A DNA stretch of 37,893 bases from an uncultured Oscillospiraceae bacterium (lineage in GTDB: Bacteria > Bacillota > Clostridia > Oscillospirales > Oscillospiraceae): positions 1 through 37,893 of the forward strand of contig CAZXRD010000004.1 in the NCBI GenBank assembly GCA_964642465.1, written 5' to 3'. Positions 1 through 8,399 of the stretch are shown here, one piece after another (the first letter of the stretch is position 1; each line of letters opens with the position of its first letter). A model generated the notes under the pieces. The model searched no databases. It saw only the letters and a list, made by a program, of their open reading frames with translations, and had not been told where the DNA came from. The position numbers and the translations under genes were made by a program.

Positions 1-633
1 AAGCCTTTTATGGAGAAGCTAGTGCCCAATATCTCTCCGGACACGATGATCGGCATCCGCACGCCGGCGCTGCGGCAATTTGCCAAAACCTATGCGAAAG
101 ATCCGGCATCTGCACAGTTTATGCAGGCGCTGCCCCACATATATTTTGAGGAGAACAACCTCCACGCTTTTTTGATTGAACGCATCGGCGATTACGATGC
201 CGCCATAGCGGCTACAGAGGCGTTCTTACCTTACATAGACAATTGGGCAACCTGTGACCAGCTGTCGCCGAAGGTATTCCAAAAGCATCTGCCGGAGCTG
301 CTGGAGCATATTCAAGAATGGCTGCAGTCTGCGCAGACCTACACCATACGCTTTGGCCTGGGGATGCTGATGACCCACTATTTGGACGAGGCATTTGATC
401 CCATGTATTTGGAATGGGCTGCCGGGGTTTGTTCCGAAGAATACTATGTGAACATGATGTTGGCCTGGTATTTTGCCACGGCCCTGGCCAAGCAATATGC
501 GGCGACTATACCGTATCTCCAAGAAAATAGGTTAGGTACCTGGGTCCATAACAAGACCATCCAAAAGGCGGTGGAGAGCCGGCGAATCAGCCCAGAGCAG
601 AAAGTATTTTTAAAAAGTTTAAAGCGAAAATAG
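1..633 (+). CDS. DNA alkylation repair protein (AlkD-like HEAT-repeat family), probably 5'-truncated by the window edge
   Basis: The reading frame is open from base 1 (first ATG at 10). The helical-repeat sequence (IGIRTPALRQFAK...YYVNMMLAWYFATAL...HNKTIQKAVESRRIS) is typical of this family. Stop at 631-633. Confidence 0.6.
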   Translation, partial: KPFMEKLVPNISPDTMIGIRTPALRQFAKTYAKDPASAQFMQALPHIYFEENNLHAFLIERIGDYDAAIAATEAFLPYIDNWATCDQLSPKVFQKHLPELLEHIQEWLQSAQTYTIRFGLGMLMTHYLDEAFDPMYLEWAAGVCSEEYYVNMMLAWYFATALAKQYAATIPYLQENRLGTWVHNKTIQKAVESRRISPEQKVFLKSLKRK

Positions 634-642
634 ACACAAAAA

Positions 643-676
643 GCATGTCCGGGCCTTTGCCCGGACATGCTTTTTG
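643..676 (+). terminator. Rho-independent terminator
   Basis: Perfect 12-bp stem GCATGTCCGGGC/GCCCGGACATGC (643-654 / 659-670) with a 4-nt loop, followed by TTTTT. Confidence 0.7.
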
Positions 677-706
677 TATCATAGAAAAAGAAAATTCAAA
701 AAGGGC

Positions 707-764
707 TTGCAAATACCCCCGGGGTGTATTATAATACGCATTGAAAGATACCCCGAGGGGGTAT
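707..764 (+). promoter_or_regulatory. csoR-copA promoter (TTGCAA-17 bp-TATAAT) with two CsoR-type operator palindromes
   Basis: -35 TTGCAA at 707-712 and -10 TATAAT at 730-735. ATACCCCCGGGGTGTAT (713-729) fills the spacer exactly. A second copy, ATACCCCGAGGGGGTAT, lies at 748-764 in the 5' UTR. Confidence 0.7.
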
Positions 765-788
765 TTAAAAAATGAGGAGGCCAAGCAA

Positions 789-1127
789 ATGGCAGAGAAA
801 ATAGAGGCTGGGTATCAGGCGGCCTGCGGCCGGGCAGAATGTTGCTGCCGGCACAAGGCCACGCCCAGAGGGGAAGTGGAGCTGCGGCAGCTGCAGAACA
901 GGCTGAAGCGGATGATGGGCCAGCTGGGCGGCATTAGCAAGATGCTGGAGGAAAACCGCTACTGTGGGGATATCCTCATGCAAGTGGCCGCTGTAGAAAG
1001 TGCCCTCCAGTCTTTTGGGTATCTGGTGCTGCAAAACCATCTGGAGACCTGTGTGGTGGAAGAGGTGCAGCGAGGCAACACCCAGATTGTAGATGAGGCG
1101 ATGGAGCTCATCAAAAAGCTGAAATAG
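789..1127 (+). CDS. csoR: CsoR-family copper-sensing transcriptional repressor
   Basis: Core sequence LKRMMGQLGGISKMLEENRYCGDILMQVAAVESAL...NHLETC carries the C-H-C Cu(I) ligand pattern. GAGGAGG at 774-780 lies 8 nt before the ATG at 789. The ORF-track TTG at 741 lies inside the operator and is unlikely to be the start. Confidence 0.85.
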   Translation: MAEKIEAGYQAACGRAECCCRHKATPRGEVELRQLQNRLKRMMGQLGGISKMLEENRYCGDILMQVAAVESALQSFGYLVLQNHLETCVVEEVQRGNTQIVDEAMELIKKLK

Positions 1128-1137
1128 GGGGGATACC

Positions 1138-3777
1138 ATGAAAACAGAAAAGTACCGGGTAACGGGCATGACCTGTGCAGCCTGTCAGGCCAACGTGACC
1201 CGGTGTGTGCAAAAGTTAGATGGCGTAGAGGATGTGAATGTAAGCCTCCTGGCCAACCAGATGACCGTGTCCTACGATGAGGAGAAGGTGCATCCGGAAG
1301 AGATTGTGGGTGCGGTCCAGAACATTGGATATGGAGCGTCCCCGATAGAACAGGGGCCGACGACAAAAGAGCATGGCTTCCGTCAGGAGTGGCAAAGCCG
1401 TCAGGACCAGGCCGAAGGGGAGCGAAAGGCTATGAAGCATCGCTTGATCGCCTCCATCTGCCTACTGGTTCCGCTGATGTATGTGAGTATGGGCAGCATG
1501 TTATCCCTGCCGCTGCCCAGCTTCTTTGTGGGGACGGAGAACGCCTTGATTTCCGCTTTGACCCAGCTGCTGATTACCATCCCCGTTTTGGTGATCAACC
1601 GGCATTTTTATCAAAGTGGGTTTAAGGCCCTCTTGCACCGGGCACCCAATATGGATTCTCTGGTTGCCATCGGGTCCGGAGCATCTCTGCTCTACGGGAT
1701 TTTTGCCATGTACCGCATGGCGGCGGGCTTCGGCCACGGGAATATGGAATTGGTCCATGAATATGCCCACGCCCTATACTTTGAGTCGGCGGCCATGATT
1801 TTGACCCTGGTGACCGTGGGCAAATATCTAGAGGCTAAGTCCAAAGCCAAAACCTCAGATGCCCTGGGGAAGCTGGTGGATCTGGCGCCTAAAACGGCTG
1901 TAGTGGTGCGCAATGGGGTAGAGGAAACCATTCCTGCAGAGCAGGTAATTGCCGGCGATGTGGTGGTTATTCGCCCTGGAGAAGGTATTCCCGTGGACGG
2001 AGTGGTGATTGATGGTTACGGCTATGTGGATCAGGCGGCCATCACAGGGGAGAGTATCCCAGTAGAAAAGAGGCCCGGAGACACGGTGATCTCCGCCACC
2101 ATCAACAAAAACGGTATGTTTCGCTTTACAGCCTCTAAGGTCGGCGAGGACACGACCTTATCCCAGATTATCCGCCTGGTGGATGAGGCCAGCAATTCCA
2201 AGGCGCCCATTGCCAGGCTGGCGGATAAGGTCAGTGGTGTGTTTGTGCCGGTGGTCATCGGCATTGCGATTCTAACGGTCGCCATCTGGCTGATTGCCGG
2301 CCAGACCTTTGAATTTGCCTTGTCCAATGCCATTTCCGTGCTGGTGATCTCCTGCCCCTGTGCGCTGGGGCTGGCCACCCCGGTGGCCATTATGGTGGGT
2401 ACCGGCAAAGCGGCGGAAATGGGTATTTTAATCAAGTCGGCGGAGAGCCTGGAGAATCTCCACAACATCGACACAATCGTGTTGGATAAGACCGGTACCA
2501 TTACCGTGGGGCACCCCTCTGTGACAGATGTGGTGCTTTTGAGCCCCGACATGACGGAGGCAGCGTTTTTAGCGGAGGCCGCAGCGGCAGAGGCGGGGAG
2601 CGAACACCCCCTGGCCCAGGCCGTAATCGACAGGGCCCAGGCGGATGGGCTCACCGTCCCGGCATCCCAAGACTTTACCGCTGTGGCCGGAAGAGGCGTA
2701 CAGGCCAGCGTAAACGGCCGCAAGTATCTGGCGGGGAATATCTCCTTTTTGGAGGAAAACGGGATTCTGGGGGGAAATACGGCGTCTCAGCAGGTGCGAG
2801 AGACCGTCAGCCGCTTGGCCGGCGAAGGGAAGACGCCTTTAATCTTCGCCAGGGATCAGCAGGTGGTAGGTGTCATTGCCGTGGCGGATACCGTGCGGGA
2901 ATCCAGCCGGTCTGCCATCCGCCGCTTCCACGAGATGGGTTTGCAGGTGGTGATGCTCACCGGGGACAACCAAGTAACGGCGGAGGCCATCCGCAAAGAA
3001 TTGGGGATTTCTAAAGCGATTTCCGACGTGCTGCCCACGGAAAAGGAGGCCAATATCCGGGCCCTCCAGGAACAGGGGCATAAGGTGGCCATGGTGGGGG
3101 ACGGTATCAATGACGCCCCGGCCCTAACCCGGGCGGATATCGGCATCGCCATCGGCGCCGGCACGGATATTGCCATTGAGTCGGCAGATGTGGTATTGAT
3201 GAAAGATTCCCTGGAGGATGTGGCCACAGCCATTGAGTTGAGCCGTGCCGTGGTGCGGAATATCCACATGAATCTGTTCTGGGCCTTCTTCTATAACGTA
3301 TTGGGCATTCCGCTGGCGGCCGGCGCACTGTACCCGGCTTTCCAGATCCGGTTGAGTCCCATGATTGGTTCCGCTGCCATGAGCCTCAGCTCTGTGTGCG
3401 TGGTAACCAATGCCCTGCGCCTGCGCTTTTTCAAGCCCAAAGGGCGTAGCGCAGAAATAATTTCGGATACAAGTGCCTCCTCGGGAGAGCTCCCGGAGAC
3501 CTTGCAGAAACAAGAAGCCGTATCGCAAGAGGCGGCGGAAAATGAGAAAGGAACAATTGTTATGAAAAAAGTTTTGGTCGTTGACGGTATGATGTGCGCC
3601 CATTGCCAGATGCATGTGCAAAAGGCTTTGGCAGCGGTAGACGGCGTGTCTGAAGCGGTGGTGGACCTGGAGCAAAAGCAGGCCACTGTGGATTTGACGA
3701 AGGATGTGCCGGATCAGGTGTTGATGGATGCGGTGAAAGCGGCCGGATACACCCCGGTGAGCTGCACAGTAGCATAG
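1138..3777 (+). CDS. copA: Cu(I)-translocating P1B-type ATPase with an N-terminal and an extra C-terminal HMA domain
   Basis: Contains GMTCAAC (N-terminal HMA), TGES, CPC, DKTGT, SEHPL and GDGINDAP. A second HMA motif, GMMCAHC, lies in the last ~70 aa. Confidence 0.93.
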   Translation: MKTEKYRVTGMTCAACQANVTRCVQKLDGVEDVNVSLLANQMTVSYDEEKVHPEEIVGAVQNIGYGASPIEQGPTTKEHGFRQEWQSRQDQAEGERKAMKHRLIASICLLVPLMYVSMGSMLSLPLPSFFVGTENALISALTQLLITIPVLVINRHFYQSGFKALLHRAPNMDSLVAIGSGASLLYGIFAMYRMAAGFGHGNMELVHEYAHALYFESAAMILTLVTVGKYLEAKSKAKTSDALGKLVDLAPKTAVVVRNGVEETIPAEQVIAGDVVVIRPGEGIPVDGVVIDGYGYVDQAAITGESIPVEKRPGDTVISATINKNGMFRFTASKVGEDTTLSQIIRLVDEASNSKAPIARLADKVSGVFVPVVIGIAILTVAIWLIAGQTFEFALSNAISVLVISCPCALGLATPVAIMVGTGKAAEMGILIKSAESLENLHNIDTIVLDKTGTITVGHPSVTDVVLLSPDMTEAAFLAEAAAAEAGSEHPLAQAVIDRAQADGLTVPASQDFTAVAGRGVQASVNGRKYLAGNISFLEENGILGGNTASQQVRETVSRLAGEGKTPLIFARDQQVVGVIAVADTVRESSRSAIRRFHEMGLQVVMLTGDNQVTAEAIRKELGISKAISDVLPTEKEANIRALQEQGHKVAMVGDGINDAPALTRADIGIAIGAGTDIAIESADVVLMKDSLEDVATAIELSRAVVRNIHMNLFWAFFYNVLGIPLAAGALYPAFQIRLSPMIGSAAMSLSSVCVVTNALRLRFFKPKGRSAEIISDTSASSGELPETLQKQEAVSQEAAENEKGTIVMKKVLVVDGMMCAHCQMHVQKALAAVDGVSEAVVDLEQKQATVDLTKDVPDQVLMDAVKAAGYTPVSCTVA

Positions 3778-3786
3778 AGACAAAAA

Positions 3787-3828
3787 AGAAGGGCCCTGGC
3801 TGCCATGCAGTCAGGGCTCTTTTCTTTG
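3787..3828. terminator. Bidirectional hairpin terminator between convergent copA and the HMA gene
   Basis: Stem GGGCCCTGGCTG/CAGTCAGGGCTC has two G-U pairs on the + transcript. It is flanked by A-rich (3782-3787) and T-rich (3821-3827) tracts. Confidence 0.6.
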
Positions 3829-3834
3829 TCGGTA

Positions 3835-4083
3835 TCAGCGGGAAAAGAGGCCTTTTTTCTCATAGGGCGCACTGGTGATGGACTGAAGGGTATAGCCCGT
3901 TTTACCCACCACCTCTCGCAGAGCGGCCTCATCTATGGCATCTTCTGAGACAATGGTGGTTTCTCCTTTTTTGTGGGAGGAGTGGACCTTCTTCACCGGA
4001 AAGGCCCGGCGGATGGCGTCGTTTACATGGGCCTCACACATGCTGCACTGCATGCCGTCTATGGCGAGGGTATACTGGATCAT
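3835..4083 (-). CDS. Heavy-metal-associated (HMA) domain protein, CopZ-like
   Basis: Carries a GMQCSMCE metal-binding motif in a ferredoxin-like ~70-aa fold pattern. AGGAGA lies 7 nt upstream of the ATG at 4083. The ORF-track TTG at 4089 is less likely. Confidence 0.7.
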   Translation of the reverse strand: MIQYTLAIDGMQCSMCEAHVNDAIRRAFPVKKVHSSHKKGETTIVSEDAIDEAALREVVGKTGYTLQSITSAPYEKKGLFSR

Positions 4084-4140
4084 ATCCAAGTCTCCTTTCG
4101 ATTAGCTTTTGCTAACTTAAGCATACCACAAATTTTGAAA

Positions 4141-4186
4141 AAGACAAGAGAAAAGGGCAGACAGAGGCCATACTCTGTCTGCCCTT
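4141..4186 (-). terminator. Rho-independent terminator of pfk
   Basis: 14-bp stem AAGGGCAGACAGAG/CTCTGTCTGCCCTT (4153-4166 / 4173-4186), followed on the minus strand by a T-rich tract. Confidence 0.7.
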
Positions 4187-4198
4187 TGGATTGGGTTT

Positions 4199-5440
4199 TT
4201 ATTTTACCAACACTTTTTTTAGCTTTGCAAAGCGGGGCAGGGAATTTTCCGTAGGCCGCTCGCAGTCGCCCTGGATCAGAGGTAGGGCGTAGTCGATGAA
4301 CTCGGATGTGACGTTGTTCCCCTCTGGGGTGATCCACTCCAGGGGCACCTTCTTTTCAAAGTTTGCCACAGAAGTGAGGGGGATCAGCTCGGTCTTGCAG
4401 ACGTATTTGCCGTCTACTGTTTCCCGCTTAAAGGCGACCATCTTACCGGTCTCGCCGGCCACGGCGCTCTCTACAGCTGCTTTGCCAGCCAGGAAGGCCT
4501 CATCAATGTCGGTTTTAGAGGCTAGGTGGGCAGCGCAGCGCTGGAGCAGGGAGAGTTCGATACCACGGACTTTTACACCCAAGCGCTCTTTTACCACATT
4601 GGCCAGAATGCCGGCCAAGCCGCCCAGCTGGGCATGGCCAAAACCGTCCGTAGCGGAGGTCTTGGCTTCAGAGACAAAGCTGCCATCGGCATAGTGAATG
4701 CCTTCCGAGGCGGCAACAATGCAGTTGCCTTTCTCTTTGTAAATGCGATCCACGTCTGCCAGGAACTTGTCCATGTCAAAATCCACTTCAGGCAGGTAAA
4801 TCAGGTCCGGGCCGGCCCCTGCATAGGAGGCCAGGGCGGCGGCAGCGGTGAGCCAGCCGGCGTGACGGCCCATAATCTCAAAAATAGTCACCATACCGGT
4901 GTCATAGACACGGGCGTCCTTATAGACCTCCATGATAGAGGTGGCGATATACTTGGCGGCACTGGCAAAGCCGGGGCAGTGGTCCGTGCCATACAGGTCG
5001 TTGTCAATGGTCTTGGGTACGCCAATGACCCGGCACTCGTAACCGGAACGGGCCATAAAGCGGCTGACCTTGTCGCAGGTATCCATGGAGTCGTTGCCGC
5101 CGTTGTAGAAGAAATAGCGCACGTTATACTTTTTGAAAATCTCCAGGATGCGCTGGTAGTCGGTGTCGTCCTTGTCTGGGTCGGCAATCTTATACCGGCA
5201 GGAGCCCAGCTCGGAAGAAGGGGTGTTTAAAAGCAGGTGCAGCTCTTCTGCATCTTCCTGGCTCATGTCGTAAAGCTTGTCATCCAGTACGCCTTTGATC
5301 CCGTGGGCAGCGCCATAGACATTGGTAATCTCCGGCGTGTCCAGTGCAGTGCGGATTACGCCATAGGCACTGGCATTGATAACGGCGGTGGGGCCGCCGG
5401 ACTGGCCAATGATGCAGGCGCCTTCCAATTTGGTGTTCAT
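4199..5440 (-). CDS. pfk: 6-phosphofructokinase, long type, possibly PPi-dependent
   Basis: Shows PFK-family motifs GQSGGPTAVINAS, GGNDS, PKTIDND and MGRHAGW. The start is taken as MNTKLEG (ATG 5440), preceded by GAGGGGGA. Confidence 0.85.
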   Translation of the reverse strand: MNTKLEGACIIGQSGGPTAVINASAYGVIRTALDTPEITNVYGAAHGIKGVLDDKLYDMSQEDAEELHLLLNTPSSELGSCRYKIADPDKDDTDYQRILEIFKKYNVRYFFYNGGNDSMDTCDKVSRFMARSGYECRVIGVPKTIDNDLYGTDHCPGFASAAKYIATSIMEVYKDARVYDTGMVTIFEIMGRHAGWLTAAAALASYAGAGPDLIYLPEVDFDMDKFLADVDRIYKEKGNCIVAASEGIHYADGSFVSEAKTSATDGFGHAQLGGLAGILANVVKERLGVKVRGIELSLLQRCAAHLASKTDIDEAFLAGKAAVESAVAGETGKMVAFKRETVDGKYVCKTELIPLTSVANFEKKVPLEWITPEGNNVTSEFIDYALPLIQGDCERPTENSLPRFAKLKKVLVK

Positions 5441-5481
5441 ATCCTTGTCCCCCTCAGCAATAGCAATGTAGTTTGATGATC

Positions 5482-5514
5482 CTGTACAGAAATTTGTACT
5501 GTACAATTATACCA
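5482..5514 (-). promoter_or_regulatory. pfk promoter (extended -10 TGGTATAAT) overlapped by TGTACA-type palindromes
   Basis: The minus strand reads TGGTATAAT at 5514-5506. The palindromes TTGTACTGTACAA (5494-5506) and CTGTACAG (5482-5489) lie at about +1 to +20. Confidence 0.45.
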
Positions 5515-5570
5515 TACGATAGAATTAAAAGTAAACCCAACAAAATGAGAATAATTGTAGAAAATTACGC

Positions 5571-5598
5571 TTGAAAATGCAAATAAATGTGATACTAT
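5571..5598 (+). promoter_or_regulatory. fba promoter (TTGAAA-16 bp-TACTAT, with TG extended -10)
   Basis: TTGAAA at 5571-5576 and TGATACTAT ending at 5598, about 38 nt upstream of the fba ATG. Confidence 0.5.
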
Positions 5599-5635
5599 GT
5601 AAAGGCAAAAGATTTTAACTAAGGAGATGTTTACA

Positions 5636-6604
5636 ATGGCACTTGTTACCACCACCGAAATGTTTAAAAAAGCCTACGATGGCGGCTATGCGATTGGCGC
5701 CTTCAATGTGAACAACATGGAGATTGTCCAGGGCATTACAGAGGCGGCTAAGGAAGTCAAGGCCCCGCTGATTCTCCAGGTTTCCAAAGGTGCCCGGTCT
5801 TACGCCAACCACACCTATCTGATCAAGCTGGTAGAGGCTGCTGTGATCGAGTGCCCGGATATACCCATTGCCCTGCACCTGGACCACGGCCCGGATTTTG
5901 AGACTTGCAAGTCCTGTATTGACGGTGGCTTCACTTCTGTCATGATCGATGCTTCCTCCAAGCCCTTTGAGGAGAACATTGCCATCACCAAGCAAGTGGT
6001 AGAATATGCCCATGACCACGGCGTTGTTGTAGAAGCTGAGCTGGGCGCTCTGGCTGGTATTGAGGATGACGTCAAAGTATCTGCAGAGGAATCCCACTAT
6101 ACTCATCCGGACGAAGTGCAAGAGTTTGTGGAAAAGACCGGTTGCGATTCTCTGGCAATTGCCATCGGCACCAGCCACGGTGCATATAAGTTCACTGCGG
6201 ATCAGTGCACCCGCAATGAAAAGGGCGAGCTGGTTCCTCCTCCGCTGCGCTTTGACATTCTGGATGAGGTTGTAAAACGTCTGCCTGGGTTCCCCATTGT
6301 GCTCCACGGTTCCTCTTCCGTGCCCCAGGAGTTTGTCAAGATGATCAACACCTATGGCGGCCAGATGCCGGATGCAGTGGGCATTCCGGAAGATCAGCTG
6401 CGTCAGGCTGCCCGCAGCGCTGTCTGCAAGATCAATATTGACTCCGACCTGCGCCTGGCTATGACCGGTACGATCCGCAAGTTCTTTGCGGAGCACCCCG
6501 ACAAGTTCGATCCCCGGGAGTATCTGAAACCCGCTCGGGAGGCCATCAAGCAGATGGTTATGCACAAGATGATCGATGTGCTGGGCTGCAACGGCAAAGC
6601 TTAA
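5636..6604 (+). CDS. fba: Class II fructose-1,6-bisphosphate aldolase
   Basis: N-terminus MALVTTTEMFKKAYDGGYAIGAFNVNN, then ALHLDHG, GTSHGAYKF and VLHGSSSVP. AAGGAG lies 9 nt upstream of the ATG at 5636. Confidence 0.93.
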   Translation: MALVTTTEMFKKAYDGGYAIGAFNVNNMEIVQGITEAAKEVKAPLILQVSKGARSYANHTYLIKLVEAAVIECPDIPIALHLDHGPDFETCKSCIDGGFTSVMIDASSKPFEENIAITKQVVEYAHDHGVVVEAELGALAGIEDDVKVSAEESHYTHPDEVQEFVEKTGCDSLAIAIGTSHGAYKFTADQCTRNEKGELVPPPLRFDILDEVVKRLPGFPIVLHGSSSVPQEFVKMINTYGGQMPDAVGIPEDQLRQAARSAVCKINIDSDLRLAMTGTIRKFFAEHPDKFDPREYLKPAREAIKQMVMHKMIDVLGCNGKA

Positions 6605-6624
6605 ATTCTAAACTGTTACATGCA

Positions 6625-6660
6625 ATAGGCCTGCGCTATAAGCGCAGGCCTATCTTTCTG
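6625..6660 (+). terminator. Rho-independent terminator of fba
   Basis: Stem ATAGGCCTGCGC/GCGCAGGCCTAT (6625-6636 / 6642-6653), followed by CTTTCT. Confidence 0.7.
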
Positions 6661-6665
6661 TATAA

Positions 6666-6695
6666 ATATGTCCGCAGCAAAGGCTGCGGACATAT
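6666..6695 (-). terminator. Hairpin terminator of the CocE/NonD operon
   Basis: 13-bp stem ATATGTCCGCAGC/GCTGCGGACATAT lies immediately downstream of the minus-strand stop at 6702. The T tract is weak (ATATTTAT). Confidence 0.55.
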
Positions 6696-6701
6696 TTGCG
6701 G

Positions 6702-8399
6702 CTATTTTTCCGGAATAATAGGAATCAACAAATGCGAGTCATAATCGCCACCGGTGTAAATGGTGTGCCGGCCTCGGTTGCGAGTATCCCGCACCACATC
6801 CATAGGGGCATTGAGTCCCAAATAGTCAAAACCGGCGATGGTGAGCTCCAGAGTTTCCCCCTTGTGGAAGATCATGGCCGTGGGCCAAAAGCCCAGCTCC
6901 ATAGGCACCGGCTCTCCTGGATTGAGCAGTTGCGGACGGGTAAAGGTGTGGAAGGGCTCGCAAGGGGTGGATTTCTCCTCATCCAATTCCCGCAAAGAGG
7001 CCCGCAGCATGGTGTTGGGGCCGTTATACAAGTGGTTTTCCCCGCAGTCCGAGTGGACGTATTCTCCGGCGGCGTTGCGTTTGCTCAACTTGGCATAGAC
7101 GTCGGCGTCAATGTTGTCTTCTGCCGCTACCCAGAGCTTCAGCTTGATATACCCGGTGATTTCCGTATCGCAATCGAAAGTCCAAGTGAACTGGACCATA
7201 TCCACGCCGTTATCACTGATATAGGAAGCTTTGCCCGTTGCCGCTACCGGGGTATCTGCTAGTTTGCGGTCGGCGGCGTCCAAGTATAAAGGCGTAAGCT
7301 GCTGCCGGGCTAGGGGAAAGCTCTCCTCCACCCGGTAAAGCACATCCTGACCGCCGGGATCTAGGATACACATGCGGATCTGGGGGGTGTCCGGCCAGCC
7401 GTTTTCTATGCCCTTGCAGTAATAGTCGTAAAACTTTAGCAGGTCCGCTGTGTTCTCAGGCTCATACTGATCCGGCCACTCCTGGGAATTGTGGACCCGG
7501 AGCCACTTCTCCTTGGAAGCAATTTTCCGAAAGCCCTCAAAAGTGCCACGTGCGTGGACCTGGCTGCCGTAACTGGCCACAATATAGGCAGGGCATTCCA
7601 CCTGGGAGAAATTAGCCGCCTTGTCTTGCCAGTAGTCGTTGTACAAGGGATAGGCCATCATGCCGGCCCGCAGATCTTCCATTTCCGTGGTTCCATAGCA
7701 CATGTTTACTCGCTGGACCGCATAGCGGGGAATACCGCCCCGCATATATTCGTCTACGTACATATTGCCATGGCCCTCCCAGGGGGCGATACAGGCCAGA
7801 TGCGGCGGTTTTGCTGCGGCTGTATACCACTGGGTGATGGCCAGCCAGGAATTGCCCTGCATGGTTACTTTGCCATTACACCAATCTTGTACCGCTAACC
7901 ATTCAATCACGTCATAGTTGTCCTGGGCATCCTGGTGGTCAAAGTAATGGGCTCTGCCCTCAGACATGCCCACACCCCGGATGTCCAGATTGACCAGGGC
8001 ATAGTTGTGATAGACCCAAAAAGCCGGATCCGCCGCCTCAAACATGTTGAGTTCGGAAGTGGTGCCCAAGGGGACCCCCATGCGGTTGGGATGGCCGACC
8101 ATCTTGGCAATTCGCTCGTAGGTGTTGTAGGAGCCGTTTTTGCCGAAGATGCTGGAACAGAGGATAGCTGGCACCTTTTCCTGGTTGTTGGGGCGGAAAA
8201 TATCCGCCCGCAAAATCACACCGTCTCGCATGGGAATGGCCACATCCCGTTCCCACAGGATCTCACAATCCAAGGGCTTAGCCCCGGGGACATGGACATA
8301 GCCTTTGGGAAGCAACTCCGTGCCGGGGTGAAACCCCTGGTAATTGGAAAGGGGATTATCCAAAGTGGGGGACTTTACGTAAAAAACAGGACTGGGCAG
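6702..8399 (-). CDS. CocE/NonD family (peptidase S15-like) alpha/beta hydrolase
   Basis: Sequence RDGVILRADIFRP...VPAILCSSIFGKN, a nucleophile-elbow-like GNSWLA, and a long C-terminal beta domain. The start is uncertain. The maximal ORF reaches the ATG at 8507, but the strong SD (AAAAAGGAGG, 8417-8408) points to CTG at 8399. Confidence 0.8.
   Translation of the reverse strand: MPSPVFYVKSPTLDNPLSNYQGFHPGTELLPKGYVHVPGAKPLDCEILWERDVAIPMRDGVILRADIFRPNNQEKVPAILCSSIFGKNGSYNTYERIAKMVGHPNRMGVPLGTTSELNMFEAADPAFWVYHNYALVNLDIRGVGMSEGRAHYFDHQDAQDNYDVIEWLAVQDWCNGKVTMQGNSWLAITQWYTAAAKPPHLACIAPWEGHGNMYVDEYMRGGIPRYAVQRVNMCYGTTEMEDLRAGMMAYPLYNDYWQDKAANFSQVECPAYIVASYGSQVHARGTFEGFRKIASKEKWLRVHNSQEWPDQYEPENTADLLKFYDYYCKGIENGWPDTPQIRMCILDPGGQDVLYRVEESFPLARQQLTPLYLDAADRKLADTPVAATGKASYISDNGVDMVQFTWTFDCDTEITGYIKLKLWVAAEDNIDADVYAKLSKRNAAGEYVHSDCGENHLYNGPNTMLRASLRELDEEKSTPCEPFHTFTRPQLLNPGEPVPMELGFWPTAMIFHKGETLELTIAGFDYLGLNAPMDVVRDTRNRGRHTIYTGGDYDSHLLIPIIPEK

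Noticed and set aside
741-788. TTG start proposed by the ORF track for csoR
   Set aside because: This codon lies within the promoter/operator region. The SD GAGGAGG (774-780) serves the ATG at 789.
2031-3783. Several 130-230-aa minus-strand ORFs (2031-2723, 2856-3269, 3124-3783, 3291-3686)
   Set aside because: All lie antisense to copA, have biased Ser/Ala/Arg/His composition and are mutually overlapping. They are shadow ORFs.
5615-6565. 316-aa minus-strand ORF
   Set aside because: It is antisense to the class II aldolase gene, which is unambiguous. No SD or motifs.
643-6695. Shared ATGTCCG...CGGACAT core in the hairpins at 643-670 and 6666-6695, as a possible repeat family
   Set aside because: Only about 7 nt per arm are shared, and the loops and flanks differ. 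This is most simply coincidental similarity between two GC-rich terminators, and it cannot be tested within one window.
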